From: the human T2T-CHM13v2.0 reference genome, Homo sapiens
DNA length: 64,000 nt
Reading direction: 5' to 3' (one strand)
Assembly: GCF_009914755.1 (NCBI RefSeq)
Contig: NC_060927.1
In this document: piece after piece, positions 1 through 11,043 of the stretch
Numbering within the stretch: the first letter of the stretch is position 1
Layout: every line of letters begins with the position of its first letter
The notes under the pieces: generated by a model
The model's database searches: none
Seen by the model: the letters and a program-made list of their open reading frames with translations, nothing else
What the model was told of the DNA's origin: nothing
Position numbers and translations under genes: made by a program

Positions 1-608
1 CCCATTTTGCTTCTAACCTCCAAGCTGTCCTTGTTCATTCCTGGGCGTAAGCTGAACTAACTTTAGGAGAAACTTAGTTTATAGTTCTGTACCAGCCCTT
101 TCCCAAAGCAGACGTCCTTCTTGCCTGGGGACTAGATTGCCTTTGTAGGACTAACGTTGGCCACAAGATTGGAAATTATGGTTTAGGAGTCATGCAGCTG
201 GAGGCTGCAAGATTCTGACCCTCCCTAAACTGCTCCTCAGATAATTTGCTTGAGATATTTTGTAGACCTTGCACTTGATGGATCAGCTGACACCACCCAG
301 ATGAATAAACTGGCTCATCTGATCTTGTGGCCCCCACCCAGGAATTGACTCAGCAAGAGAAGACAGCTCCTACTCCCTATGACTTCATTCCTGACCAATC
401 AGCACTCCTGGCTCACTGGATTTCCCCCATCCACCAAGTTATCCTTAAAAACTTTAATGCTTGGGGAGACTGATATGAGTAATAATAAAACTCTGGTCTC
501 CTGCACAGCGGCTCTGCGTAAATTACTCTTTCTCTGTTGCAATTCCTCTGTCTTGATGAATCGGCTCTGTCTAGGCAGCGGGCAAGGTGAACCCCTTGGG
601 CAGTTACA
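1..608 (+). mobile_element. ERV1 solo LTR, LTR8-like, 5' part cut by the window edge
   Basis: The body and the terminus ...GGGCAAGGTGAACCCCTTGGGCAGTTACA match my recollection of the LTR8 consensus; poly(A) signal AATAAA near 485. Confidence 0.75.
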
Positions 609-1164
609 AACTCCCCTTTTGTAGAGAGAAATGTATAAAGGAAATTTTCGTTAGTAAAGATATCTATACCAGGAAGAAAGCTGCTTTGAGCCAGCTTTTA
701 TTACCTGAGACACTCTTATCTGCATAACAAGGTAACCTTTATTTCCACCATACATTTCCTCCCCTCACCCTCCTACGATCTGTCTCTACTGTTCCCTAGA
801 AGCCCCAAACCCTTATGCCTTTCTGTAGTTCAGATTAAGTGTCAATCATCTGGCCTATCTTTTTTTTTTTTTTAAGAGAGAGATGGGGTCTTGCTATGTT
901 GCCCAGGTTGGTCTCAAACTCCTGGGCTTAAGCAATCCTCCTGCCTCAGCCTCCCAAGTAGCTGGAATTACAGGCATGAGCCACTGTAATTATAGAAGGG
1001 CCCACATTGGCCCTTCTTTGAGTCTTATGTTTTCATGGGGCTCCTGTGTGTGCATATGTACATAATTAAAATGGTTTCCTCCTGTTAACCTGTCTTATGC
1101 CAATTTAATTTGTAGACTAGTTCACTGAGGAGGGTAGACGGAAGCTATTTTCATTTCCCCTACA
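609..1164 (+). mobile_element. MER34/MER4-group ERV1 LTR remnant interrupted by an Alu monomer
   Basis: Ends with TTTCCCCTACA and carries the CCTGTTAACCTGTCTTATG..AATTT block typical of MER34-like LTRs. Confidence 0.5.
860..986 (-). mobile_element. Alu monomer (FLAM-like)
   Basis: Poly-T followed by reverse Alu left-arm sequence (GTTGCCCAGGTTGGTCTCAAACTCCTGGGC...GCATGAGCCAC). Confidence 0.9.
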
Positions 1165-1294
1165 CTTTCAACAGGAGCAGGGGTTGTGATGACTAGAGTG
1201 TGGGCTCCGGGGTCAGATGGTATTATGGGCTAAACTATGTCCCCCTAAAAAGATATGTTGAAGTCCTAATTCCCATTACGTCAGAATGTGACCT

Positions 1295-1954
1295 TGTGGC
1301 AGGCCAGGTCTCACTAATGCAGGCCTCCAGTACAACTGTCCCAGCACTGACTGAGTAGCTAGGTTAAACAGTAAAAGCTGATTGAGCCAGTGCTCTTATA
1401 AAGAGTCTGAAATATAGCAAAGAGCCCAGCAAGAGTTTTGCCTAGGCTTTTCCTGGGCCTTGAAGCATGACAATATAACAAAGGAATTCTTAACAGGACC
1501 TTTTTAGGATTAAACACGTTTTGTTGGGGGTCTGAAATAACTCCCCAGGCCTCCACAAACAAGTTTATTGGCATCTAAAGGAACTCCCCAAATCTTTATG
1601 ATTTAGCAGGAGACAAGATTAGGGTAATCACCCCAGCACCTAGACCCATTTAGACTAAGTAAACTTACTGAGGCTTCAGAGGAAGGTCTTCAGGACTCAG
1701 ACCTTAGTTATAGATTATAAGAAGTTAATCACTTACGTCTTTGAATAAATACACACTTACACATAGATGTACAGCTTAGAAGGTATATAAGCTCTGGAAA
1801 ACTTTATAATTTTGAGTTGGTCTGGCGATAATTTCCAGGCCTTCTCCCTGTAACCAGTTATGGAAATAAAGACTCTCTTCCTTCCCAGTTCATCTGCATC
1901 TCGTTATTGGGCCACGAGAAATAGCAGCCCAACCCTCAGTTTGGTCCAGAAACA
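1295..1954 (+). mobile_element. Complete ERV1 LTR, LTR15 (HERV-I/HERV15)-like
   Basis: TG...CA termini (TGTGGCAGGCCAGGTCTCAC ... GGTCCAGAAACA), TATATAA at 1784-1790, AATAAA at 1865-1870; family name is from memory. Confidence 0.7.
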
Positions 1955-2177
1955 CATCTTCAGCAAGAACCACAAGCAATTCCGCATAATCAGCTGGAAG
2001 CTGGATGAGCTGCACTGCCAGTTCCCGGTTCTGCTGCCAGGCAGCCTGCACTTGCTGCCGCTGCTCACACTCCACTGCAACATCACGGAATCCTATCCAT
2101 CTTCTTCACTGATGTGGTTTGTGGACTCTGATGACCCAAATCTGACATTAGTTCTGGAATGTACTAAGAACAAGTTG
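1955..2177 (+). pseudogene. UBE2Q2: Processed (intronless) fragment of ubiquitin-conjugating enzyme E2 Q2, N-terminal RWD domain
   Basis: The translation [68 protein letters not shown] aligns with the recalled human UBE2Q2 sequence [69 protein letters not shown]; no intron within it. Confidence 0.9.
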
Positions 2178-2211
2178 ACACCAAGAACCTGGACACCCTC
2201 CACTGGTGAGA
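2178..2211 (+). mobile_element. Terminal ~34 bp of a second class I LTR (MER51-group-like U5 end)
   Basis: ACACCAAGAACCTGGACACCCTCCACTGGTGAGA resembles the recalled terminus ...GCCAAGAACCTGGACACCCTCCACCGGTAACA; followed directly by the TSD ACCT. Confidence 0.55.
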
Positions 2212-2334
2212 ACCTTATTTGGAAATAGGGGCTTTGTAGATTTAACTTCCTTCCACAGGTGTTGAGTGCGATAACACCCTCAGTTACGATGAGGTCATTA
2301 GGGTGGGCCCTGATTCAATATGACTAGTGTCCTT

Positions 2335-3315
2335 TGACAAAGAATCTTTGCTTGGCCTTGAAGTTTGCTTCACTCACGTCAGTAATTCTTATAAAACTTT
2401 TCCTGGCCCCATCTGTGTACTTCCTTGTAAAATCCAGTTTTAGCAAAAACAAACAAACAAATGAACAAATGTGAAAGGGAAATATCTTGGGCCCCCCAAA
2501 TCACTAGGCTACAGGGAAAAGTCAAGCTGGGAAACTGCTTAGGGCAAACCTGACTCCCATTCTATTCAAAGTCATCCCTCTGCTCACTGAGATAAATGCA
2601 TATCTGATTGCCTCCTTTGGAGAGGCTAATCAGAAACTCAAAAGAGTGCATCCAATTTTCTCTTATCTACCTATGACCTGGAAGCCCCCACCCCGCCTTT
2701 CCAGACTGAACCAATGTTCAATGTTCATCTTACGTATGTTGATTGATGTCTCATGTCTCCCTAAAATGTATAAAATCAAAATCAAACTGTGCTCTGACCA
2801 CCTTGGGCACATGTCATCAGGACCTCCTGAGGCTGTCATGGGCGTGTGTGCGTCCTCAACCTTGGCAAAATAAACTTCCTAAATTAACTGAGACCTGTCT
2901 CAAATTTTCTGGGTTCACACACACAAACAAAAAACCCTGCTGAAGCAGCTTAGGAGGAAGCTCCTCATCCTCGAGACCTGATCATCCTTGATAGCTGATC
3001 AGGTTCCTCATCCTCCACCATCCCCCAGGTGATGTCTGATCACTCCAGCCTGTCTTCAGCAAGAATCCTAGTGGATTGGTTTAACCAGGATGCCCCTTAC
3101 CACTGATGTTTTCCTCTTGGTAATTTTCCACCCACTGACCCCCACCCCGCTCAGTAGCTATAAATTGGCTCATGTTGTATTCGGAGTTGATTCCAATCTC
3201 TCTCCCCCGCTGCAAGACCCTTTTGCAGTGCTCCTCATACCTATCGCAATGGTCCTGGATAAAGTCTTCCTTGCTGTGTTTTAACAAGTGTCATTGAATA
3301 ATTTTTTCTTTAACA
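2335..3315 (+). mobile_element. MER31 LTR inserted in MLT1 and itself interrupted by MER4A
   Basis: Starts TGACAAAGAATCT, contains CCCATCTGTGTACTTCCTTGTAAAATCCAGTTTTAGCAAA, ends TTTTTCTTTAACA. Confidence 0.7.
2470..2919 (+). mobile_element. MER4A-like LTR
   Basis: TGTGAAAGGGAAATATCTTGGGCCCCCCAAATCACTA ... GGGTTCACA. Confidence 0.75.
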
Positions 3316-3817
3316 CCAAACAAAAAAGGGAAATTTGAACACGGACACAGAGGACTATGTGAGGACACACCAGGAGAACACTGTATGAAGAGGCATGCAG
3401 AGATGAGACTCATGCAGCTGCAAGCCAGGGAATGCCAAGAACTCCTGGCCACCACCAGAAGGTGAAGGATGCAAGGAAGGATTCTACCCAGAGTTTCAGA
3501 GGGAACATGGCCCTGCCGAGACCTTGGTTTGGGACGTTTAGTCTTCAGACTTGTGAGACAACAAATTTCTGTTGTTTTGAGCCACCCAGTATGTGGTACT
3601 TTGTTATGGTAGCTCTAGCAAACTCATACAGATGGAATCCAGGCTGAGTCAGACAGACACAAGTTCAAATCTTGGCTTAGCCACCTATTGGTTGTGAAAT
3701 TTGAAGGAAATTTACTTAATTGCCCTGCGTTTCCATTTCCTCTTCTATAAAATGGAGAAATAATATTAATAGCACCATTGTTTTCAACTTCTGAAGATAC
3801 AATGTCTGTAAAGGCTT

Positions 3818-4341
3818 GTGCCAGTCAGCCTCCAAGATGGCTCCCAATTGTTCCTGCCTTCTGCTTGTCACTCCTTTGTGTAGTCTGTTCCCACACTGAA
3901 TGGGGATGATCTGTGTGACCAAAAGCATATTGCAGAAGTACAAGAATGTCACTTCCAAGGCTGAGTCATAAATGATATTGCAATTTCTGCCTAGCTCTCT
4001 TGAATCACCGCACTGGATAACACTGGCTGCCATGTCGTGAGGGTCATGAGGACTCAAGCAGCCCTGTGGAGAGCTGAAGCCTCCTGCCCACAGCTAGGCA
4101 GCCATGTGAGTGAGCTATCTGGAAGTGGCTCCTCCAGCTCCCATCTAGCCTTCAGATGACTGCAGCCCTCAATGACATCTTAACTGAAACCTCATGAAGG
4201 ACCTTGAACTAGAATCACTCAACTAAGCTGCTCCTGATTTCCTGACCTGCTGAAACTATGCAAAATAATAAATATCTCTTGTTTTAAGCTGCTAGGTTTA
4301 AGGATTTTTTTTTTTTAGCACAATCATAGGTAAGGAATACA
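3818..4341 (+). mobile_element. MLT1F-like MaLR LTR, preceded by a MIR remnant (~3640-3810)
   Basis: GCCTCCAAGATGGCTCCCAAT start; TTGTTTTAAGCTGCTAGGTTT...AATACA end. Confidence 0.65.
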
Positions 4342-7201
4342 AGGCTAACAGTTGCTAAGTAATCACTCCATAAATGTTAGTGGTTGTTTGTTTTCCACGT
4401 GACTACTTAGGAATATGCCTTTACAGGCACTTTGCTCCTAAATCCAAATTTCTAACTGATCTTGAGTCAATGTCCAGTTCCAACTGTTAATTAGACTTTT
4501 ATACTGGGGGCTCCACTTGCAAGTAAGACTGGCAATGTGCATGGTTCCCGCTTTCCTTGAACCATTTCCCAATCCTGGAATCACGTCACCCTCTGCCTCA
4601 CCCAACTAATATCCGCCCCTCCTTTAAGGTCCGTCAAGAGCCTGCCTTTGGGAACAGGTCTCACCACGGCTCTCACCTTCTATGACTCTGAACTTACCTC
4701 CCGATGGACTCCCACAGGATTTATTGCCTTAACTCCCAGTAGGTATTTATCTTTCTCTGCTTTATATTGTAGCTTACTTAAATGACTCTTATATTTTCTT
4801 ATTTTTTAAATGGGTTACACATACCACAACTTCAGTTAGAATGATATTTGAGGTCACCTCTCTGAATTTACCTTCCAACATTCCTAGCAGAGAACCTTGC
4901 ACATGTGCAGGTTTTGAGGAACAAATTACTGAATGAATTAGTATAAAATTTGGAAGTAAAAACATCTGGCTAACCGGCTGACTTTCCTACCCCTCACCCT
5001 CCTTTTCTGGCTCTTTTTAACTTACTTATACTTGGAAGCTAGGAACAAATTAGCATTCATCATTAATATATGTAATGAAGCCGTTTTCCACGTGCCTGGC
5101 TCTATCCGTGAATTTGTCCCCTGTGTAGGAAGTGATACATGGTATTTCTCTCTCTCATTCTAACTCAGAAGGCCTGTAACATGAGCTGAAAATATGAGGC
5201 AATTAACCATGTAATTCAGACAAAATCGCCTGGAAATGTACTTCGTGAGTAGGTACACAGCCCAGTAATGGAAGACTTGAAATTCATTCATGATAGATAT
5301 GGAATCATTTATTAGCAGAAGCGTGGGCTGTGCCGGGAACATTTCTAATCTGTTAAAGTCAGCATCTTAGAGCAAAGCAGGCTTGATGACACAATCTCCC
5401 TTAATGCTGCCACTAGAGACAGAATCTGCAACTGTGAAGAGAGGAAGCAGCACTGGTTTGTGTGGAGGTGGTTTCACTCCGTCATTTCTGTGCTGGCTAG
5501 GGTTCTAGGGTGGCAAGTGACAGAGACTGAGTCACAGTATTAGGCCAAATTAACAAACAATAAAGAATTAATGGAAGCTATGGTATAGCTCTCAGAATGG
5601 AAGGAAAAGCTGGAAAATGAGCCTTTGGAAAAAACTAGAACCAGAGAAGCTCTAGGTTTCTTGGTAGCAGGAACTAACACTGGCACTTTTTCACTTGGGA
5701 GCCCCAGTGGGACCTGCCAGTACCCCTCCTCACAGGGTGCCACTGCCAGGATGAATCTGCTCCAACTGCTTTCTCCCTATGCCACCTTGCCCTCTGCCAT
5801 GTGCCTTAAATGGGCATCTGTTGTTACAGATTTGCATTAAATTTTAGTGGGTCTTTTCAGTATCCATTCATTCATCTACCCAGTATTTCTTGAAAACTGT
5901 ACAAACCTTGCGACAGGTGTTATGGAGGACTGAAAAGTAAATTCATTACAGATTCTGCCCTCTATGGAGATAAGTGCTCAAATATTCTTAAGATGGGGTA
6001 AAAAGCTGTGCACATCATGATCTTTTCATTACACAGGGCAGAAACCAGTCTGCAGTCATCTTTAGGAAGGAAGAGAGATATTGGTCCCAGACAAATGAAA
6101 GTCCAGTGACAGAGCTAGCTGAGACAAGGCCGGAGGCAGGGGCCAGACACTGGGATTGTGACTCTGTCCTTGCCCATCTCTTGCTCTTCTCTCTCTCTGC
6201 TCCTCTGTTCTCAGGGACGGTCTCTGCAGCAGGTCATGATGGTGCCCCGTGCATAGCCCTTCTGCACTTGGCATTCCTGGACACACACCTGGGGCTCCTC
6301 AATGCAGCTCAGTTGATTCTCAGCCTGGGGGCTTTCTCTTCCCACAGGGGCTGGTTCAGTCTGTTGTGGGCAGGCAGAAGAACCAGGGAGTTAACGGCCC
6401 TGGTAGCAGCCTTCAGCCAAAGACAGATCGATTTAGTAGATTCAACAATGAATTACTACGGTCTTTGGTTGGGAGGACTCCTGGACATGTTCTATATTTT
6501 CTCCAGATGTTTCCAACAGTGCTAAGCCTCAGTTGCCCGCTGTGGCAGCCTGCTCTCCAATGCACTCTGATTTAGCCCCCTTCTCTTTCCTGTCTCACTT
6601 TCCTATTCTCCTTCCCATGCTTCCTGGGAGTCTCCAAAATAAACCTCTTGCACAGAAATCCTTGCCTCAGAGTCTTCTTCTTAGGGAGCCCAGCCACAGA
6701 CTCCCTGGGTGGTGGTAAGGTGGCTGCCAACAGTTGTAGGCTTGTACCCTGCCAGTTTCTGGTCTGGTGGAGACAGAGTTTTCTTACAGACACTTCCATT
6801 AGAATCCTGAGGCTGACTCTCATTGTTCAGAGTTGGCTACATTCCCATCCCTGGGTTGAAATATACTCATTGACTAGTTCCAGCCACCTACTCACCAGGG
6901 AGCTGAGAAGGATGGAGTGAATTCCACTCAATCCTCATGGTCTGGGAAGGGAGGAGGAATCGTTTTCTCATGAATAATGAGGATACTGTTGCCAGTTCAG
7001 GGCTGAAGGGATGGTGAACAGGTCGAATCATCAGGTGTCCGTAGCATGTGGGGTCCCCCGAAGGGGACAAACACAGTTCAGAGGAACATGACACAGGTTC
7101 TAACTTGGTGGGGAAGATTGTAGGAGGTTAAGGATCAAGGAACCTGAGATATCACCTTCTGAATTACCTACCAACCCCCCCTTTTTAAAGCCACTGAGAC
7201 T

Positions 7202-7332
7202 AGGCTTGGTGGCTCATTCCTGTAATCCCAGCACTTTGGGAGGCTGAGGCAAAAGGATTGCTGCAGGTCAGAGTTCAGAACTAGCCTGGGCAACATAACG
7301 AGACCCCCATCTCCATTAAGATAAATAAATAA
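7202..7332 (+). mobile_element. Alu monomer (FLAM-like)
   Basis: GGTGGCTCATTCCTGTAATCCCAGCACTTTGGGAGGCTGAGGC followed by an A-rich end. Confidence 0.85.
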
Positions 7333-7967
7333 GTCAGTCATCAAGAAGATGGCCAATATTCTTCCTCTCAATAATGGCATGTTTTGAAATACCATGTCAT
7401 CCAAGCAAAACAGCATGTAGTCAGCAGTAATTAATTCATTCTCATATTTTTAAAACTAATAAATGGCATTATTGAGTCCATGTTCCTAATAATAGAGAAA
7501 CATACCATTTCCAAGTGGTTATTGGAAATATGAAAAAGGCCTTCCAGTCTCTTCTGTTCTTCTGAGCCCCTAGGAGCTGGGGGATCCCGTCATTTGATAG
7601 TTGAGGTCCTCTGGTTATACACAAAACTCTTATCAGGAGATTGGCTAGCAAATTGGGCAATTTTCATTTCTATTAATAGTCTTTATGGCCTGGTGAATTA
7701 CCCTTCAGGTCACATCTCCCAAAGAAATCCCCTGGCTTCATCATCACAGCGTTTATGTGCTAGAAAGGATCTTTGAGAGATTACACATTTCATGCCTAAC
7801 TAAGGAAATTGACATGACTGGATGAACCCAGGTTCTCACATTAATTCACAAGCCCTGCGTCTCGGGCCCCTTCTATGTGCCAGGCATCGTGGGGAAACAG
7901 AGTGAAGAAATTGGAGACAGTCTGCCTAGCAGAGGAGGCAGACAAAACTTAACAATAAAAACCATAG

Positions 7968-8385
7968 TTGGTTTCGGTCTACAATGTAAGGAGCTTGGAA
8001 TCATCCTCACAACAAGAAAAATGCTGAACACACTGGAAATCAGCAGCTCTTAGATCCATCAGAGAATTTTGCTTACAGGGCAAGCTGCTGCCCCCAAAAA
8101 ACTGGAGAGACAGATGGGTGGCTACAGAGAATCCCAGTTTCCTGAGAGCAGACGTCTCGGCCGAGCCAGGATTGGGATGAATGTGTTCAACTGTAATTGA
8201 CAAATTACTGGAAGCTCAGTGTGGACCGGATTGAGATGTAAAAATTCTGAGGGGGCTCGTCTTAGGGGCTGCTCACACTTTTGTGGGTTTACCTTCAGGA
8301 GCCCTACCAGCTTCTCGCAGTGAAGATCAGAGAAAAAAATCCCTCATGCCTCTGGCAGGGAAACGGAAAAAGAAGCCATTTTTAA
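7968..8385 (+). mobile_element. Old L1M 5'-region fragment (tentative)
   Basis: Resembles an ancient L1MC/MD 5' end (GGAGCTTGGAA..CACAACAAGAAAAATGCTGAACACACTGGAAATCAGCAGCTCTTAGATCCATCAGAGAA). Confidence 0.45.
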
Positions 8386-8545
8386 GAACTTGAAGTGCTA
8401 AGTGCTACGGAGGCAATAAAAAGCGAACACTGAAACAGCAATGAATGAGGAACCCATGGGAGGAGGCAGCACAGAGGACTGAGTGAGCGAGAGCTCAGTC
8501 TGTCCCAGGAACTGAGAGGAGTCCCTGGTGGCTGGAACATGGTGA

Positions 8546-9020
<475 letters not shown>

Positions 9021-10343
9021 TAGCCGATGAGCTGGGACATGAGTCTAGTTCTCCCTGCTTTCAGTCTAATGCCTGCTTCCTACTGCCCGAACAAATAAAG
9101 TACTAATTTTACAGTGTACGGTCTAGAAAAAACATACATTCAGAAGCAGGTAAGATTTTCAGCAGCCCCAAGTCATGAGGGTCTCCTACAGGGGCAGAGA
9201 AGTAGTAAAAAAACAATCATATGCAGTTGGGTAGCCCGTATAGAATGTAGACTAATTATATTCAAATCCTGCCTCTGCCACTGGCCAGCACTAGGATCTG
9301 GGACAAGTTACACTACTTTTCCAAGTCCCTGTTTCCTCTTTTGAGGAAAAGAGAAAATAAAAATACCTCTAGATAGGGTTATTGACACAGTTAAATTAAA
9401 TGAGATAAAGATTGATTTTTCCCCAGACATGTTCATTCCCTAGTCATCCATCTCAGTAAATGGTACCACCTCCCATCTAGTGCAGAGGCTCAAGACAAAG
9501 CTATTAGAGTCATTCTTGATGTTTTTCCTTTTCTTGAATCCCAAATCTATCAATCTACTCCAATGATTCTATTTCTGAAACATATCCTAAATTTGTGTGC
9601 TGTGGTTTACCTCCATTGCCCACATCCTCGTCCATGACACTATTGTATCTTACCTGGGCTACTGCAATGGTGTCCTAACTGGTCTCCCCGCCTTCTTTTT
9701 GTGTGCTACAACCTATTTTTTCACAAAGCAGCTGTTTATACTTGTTAAATGTAATTTGACTATGTGTAACTCCTTAGATTAAGCCCATCCACTGGCTTTT
9801 CGGTGTATTTACAATAAAATCCTTAGTCCACGCCTCTCTAATGTTGCATGTGCCTGTGTCTCCATTCCTGTCTCCCTCTCTGCCACACCCTGTGAGAAAA
9901 AGTGGATCATTCCGTGTGATTCTTAACCTTCTAGAATAACCCTGCCATGGCTTTACATGGTAGAGGAGACTTCCTCATACCTGGACTTGGGGCTTGGCCA
10001 TAAGACTTCTTTTGGCCAGTGGCATATTAGTGGTCATGACATGGAAAGAACCCTGAAATGTGTGGATGGTGCACTTTATCTCTCCCCTGTTCTGGAAACA
10101 CCACCAGGAGAAGGGTGTGCCCTACCCAGCTGCTTGTCCAAGGAGAGTGAGAGAAGATTTGCAGCAGATTTTAACATAACCCATAGTCTGGAACCAAGCC
10201 TCGCCGAGCTGCAACCAGAAGAAGAGCCATCCCAGAAAACCCCCAGTTTAATGGTAATGTTTAATACACTCGGACCACCAGTTTTGTCTCCTTTCCTGAA
10301 ACTTTCATGCTGTTCCCTCTGTTTGAAGCTATTCTCTTTGGAA

Positions 10344-10576
10344 CAGAGTTTCTCAGCCTCGGCACTATTGACATTTGGGCCTTGATAATTCTGTGTTGTG
10401 TATGTATGCGGGGCAGTTGTGGGGAGTGTCCTGTACATTGTAGGATGTTTAGCACATTCCTGGCCTCTGTTCACTAGATGCTATAGCACACCTTCTGGTT
10501 GTGACAACCCACCATGCCACTAGACATTGTCAAATGCCCCCTGGAAGGCAGAATTATCTCCAGTTGAGAATCACTG
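10344..10576 (+). mobile_element. MER20 hAT DNA transposon inside L2 remnants
   Basis: Terminal inverted repeats (TIRs) CAGAGTTTCTCAGC / GTTGAGAATCACTG; GGCACTATTGACATTTGGGCC. Confidence 0.85.
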
Positions 10577-11043
10577 GACTAGAACATCCCAGATCTTCAC
10601 AAAGCTGGCTCCTTCTTGTCATTTAGGTCTCACCTCTGATGCACTTCTTCAGCAAGTCCATACCTGATCATCTTGTTGGGGCTCAGAACACAATACTCCA
10701 AAGTACAGCGCTTTAGCATGCTGAGTACTTTGAACTAAAGGAGACTGGATGGACCTCTGAAGCAAGCAAGGTCTCTCTGACCTTCTCCTGCCCTCCCCCC
10801 AGCCTCCGCCCCTCTTTCTGCCCTGAAATGAGTCATAGAAGCCAGAGTTCTTCTTCCTCAAGGTGGGTCACAGAAACTAGAACTTCTCTCCCGCAAAGCA
10901 AGCCATAAAACCTATGTAGGCCTCTCTCCCTTCCCACTTAAAGACCTTCATCTCAGAAGGGTCCTGCCTCGTACCAGGGTGGGGTGGAAGCGGGGAGGAA
11001 TGCTACACAGAGAGCCAAGAATCAGGCGGCAGGCCTTGATGGG

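Larger units (their letters stand above)
1221..3630 (+). mobile_element. MLT1 (MLT1C-like) MaLR LTR split into three pieces (1221-1294, 2212-2334, 3316-3630) by younger insertions
   Basis: The consensus run CAGAATGTGACCT|TATTTGGAAATAGGG is restored by joining 1294 to 2216; 3' end CTAGCAAACTCATACA. Confidence 0.8.

Noticed and set aside
1955-2177. Ordinary L1-mediated UBE2Q2 processed pseudogene or segmental-duplication copy
   Set aside because: There is no poly(A) tail, no long TSD, no 3' mRNA sequence and no intron, and the fragment is enclosed by LTR termini sharing one 4-bp TSD
6106-6525. 139-aa ORF and a strong splice acceptor at ~6213
   Set aside because: No recognisable homology and no matching donor or exon chain that I can support
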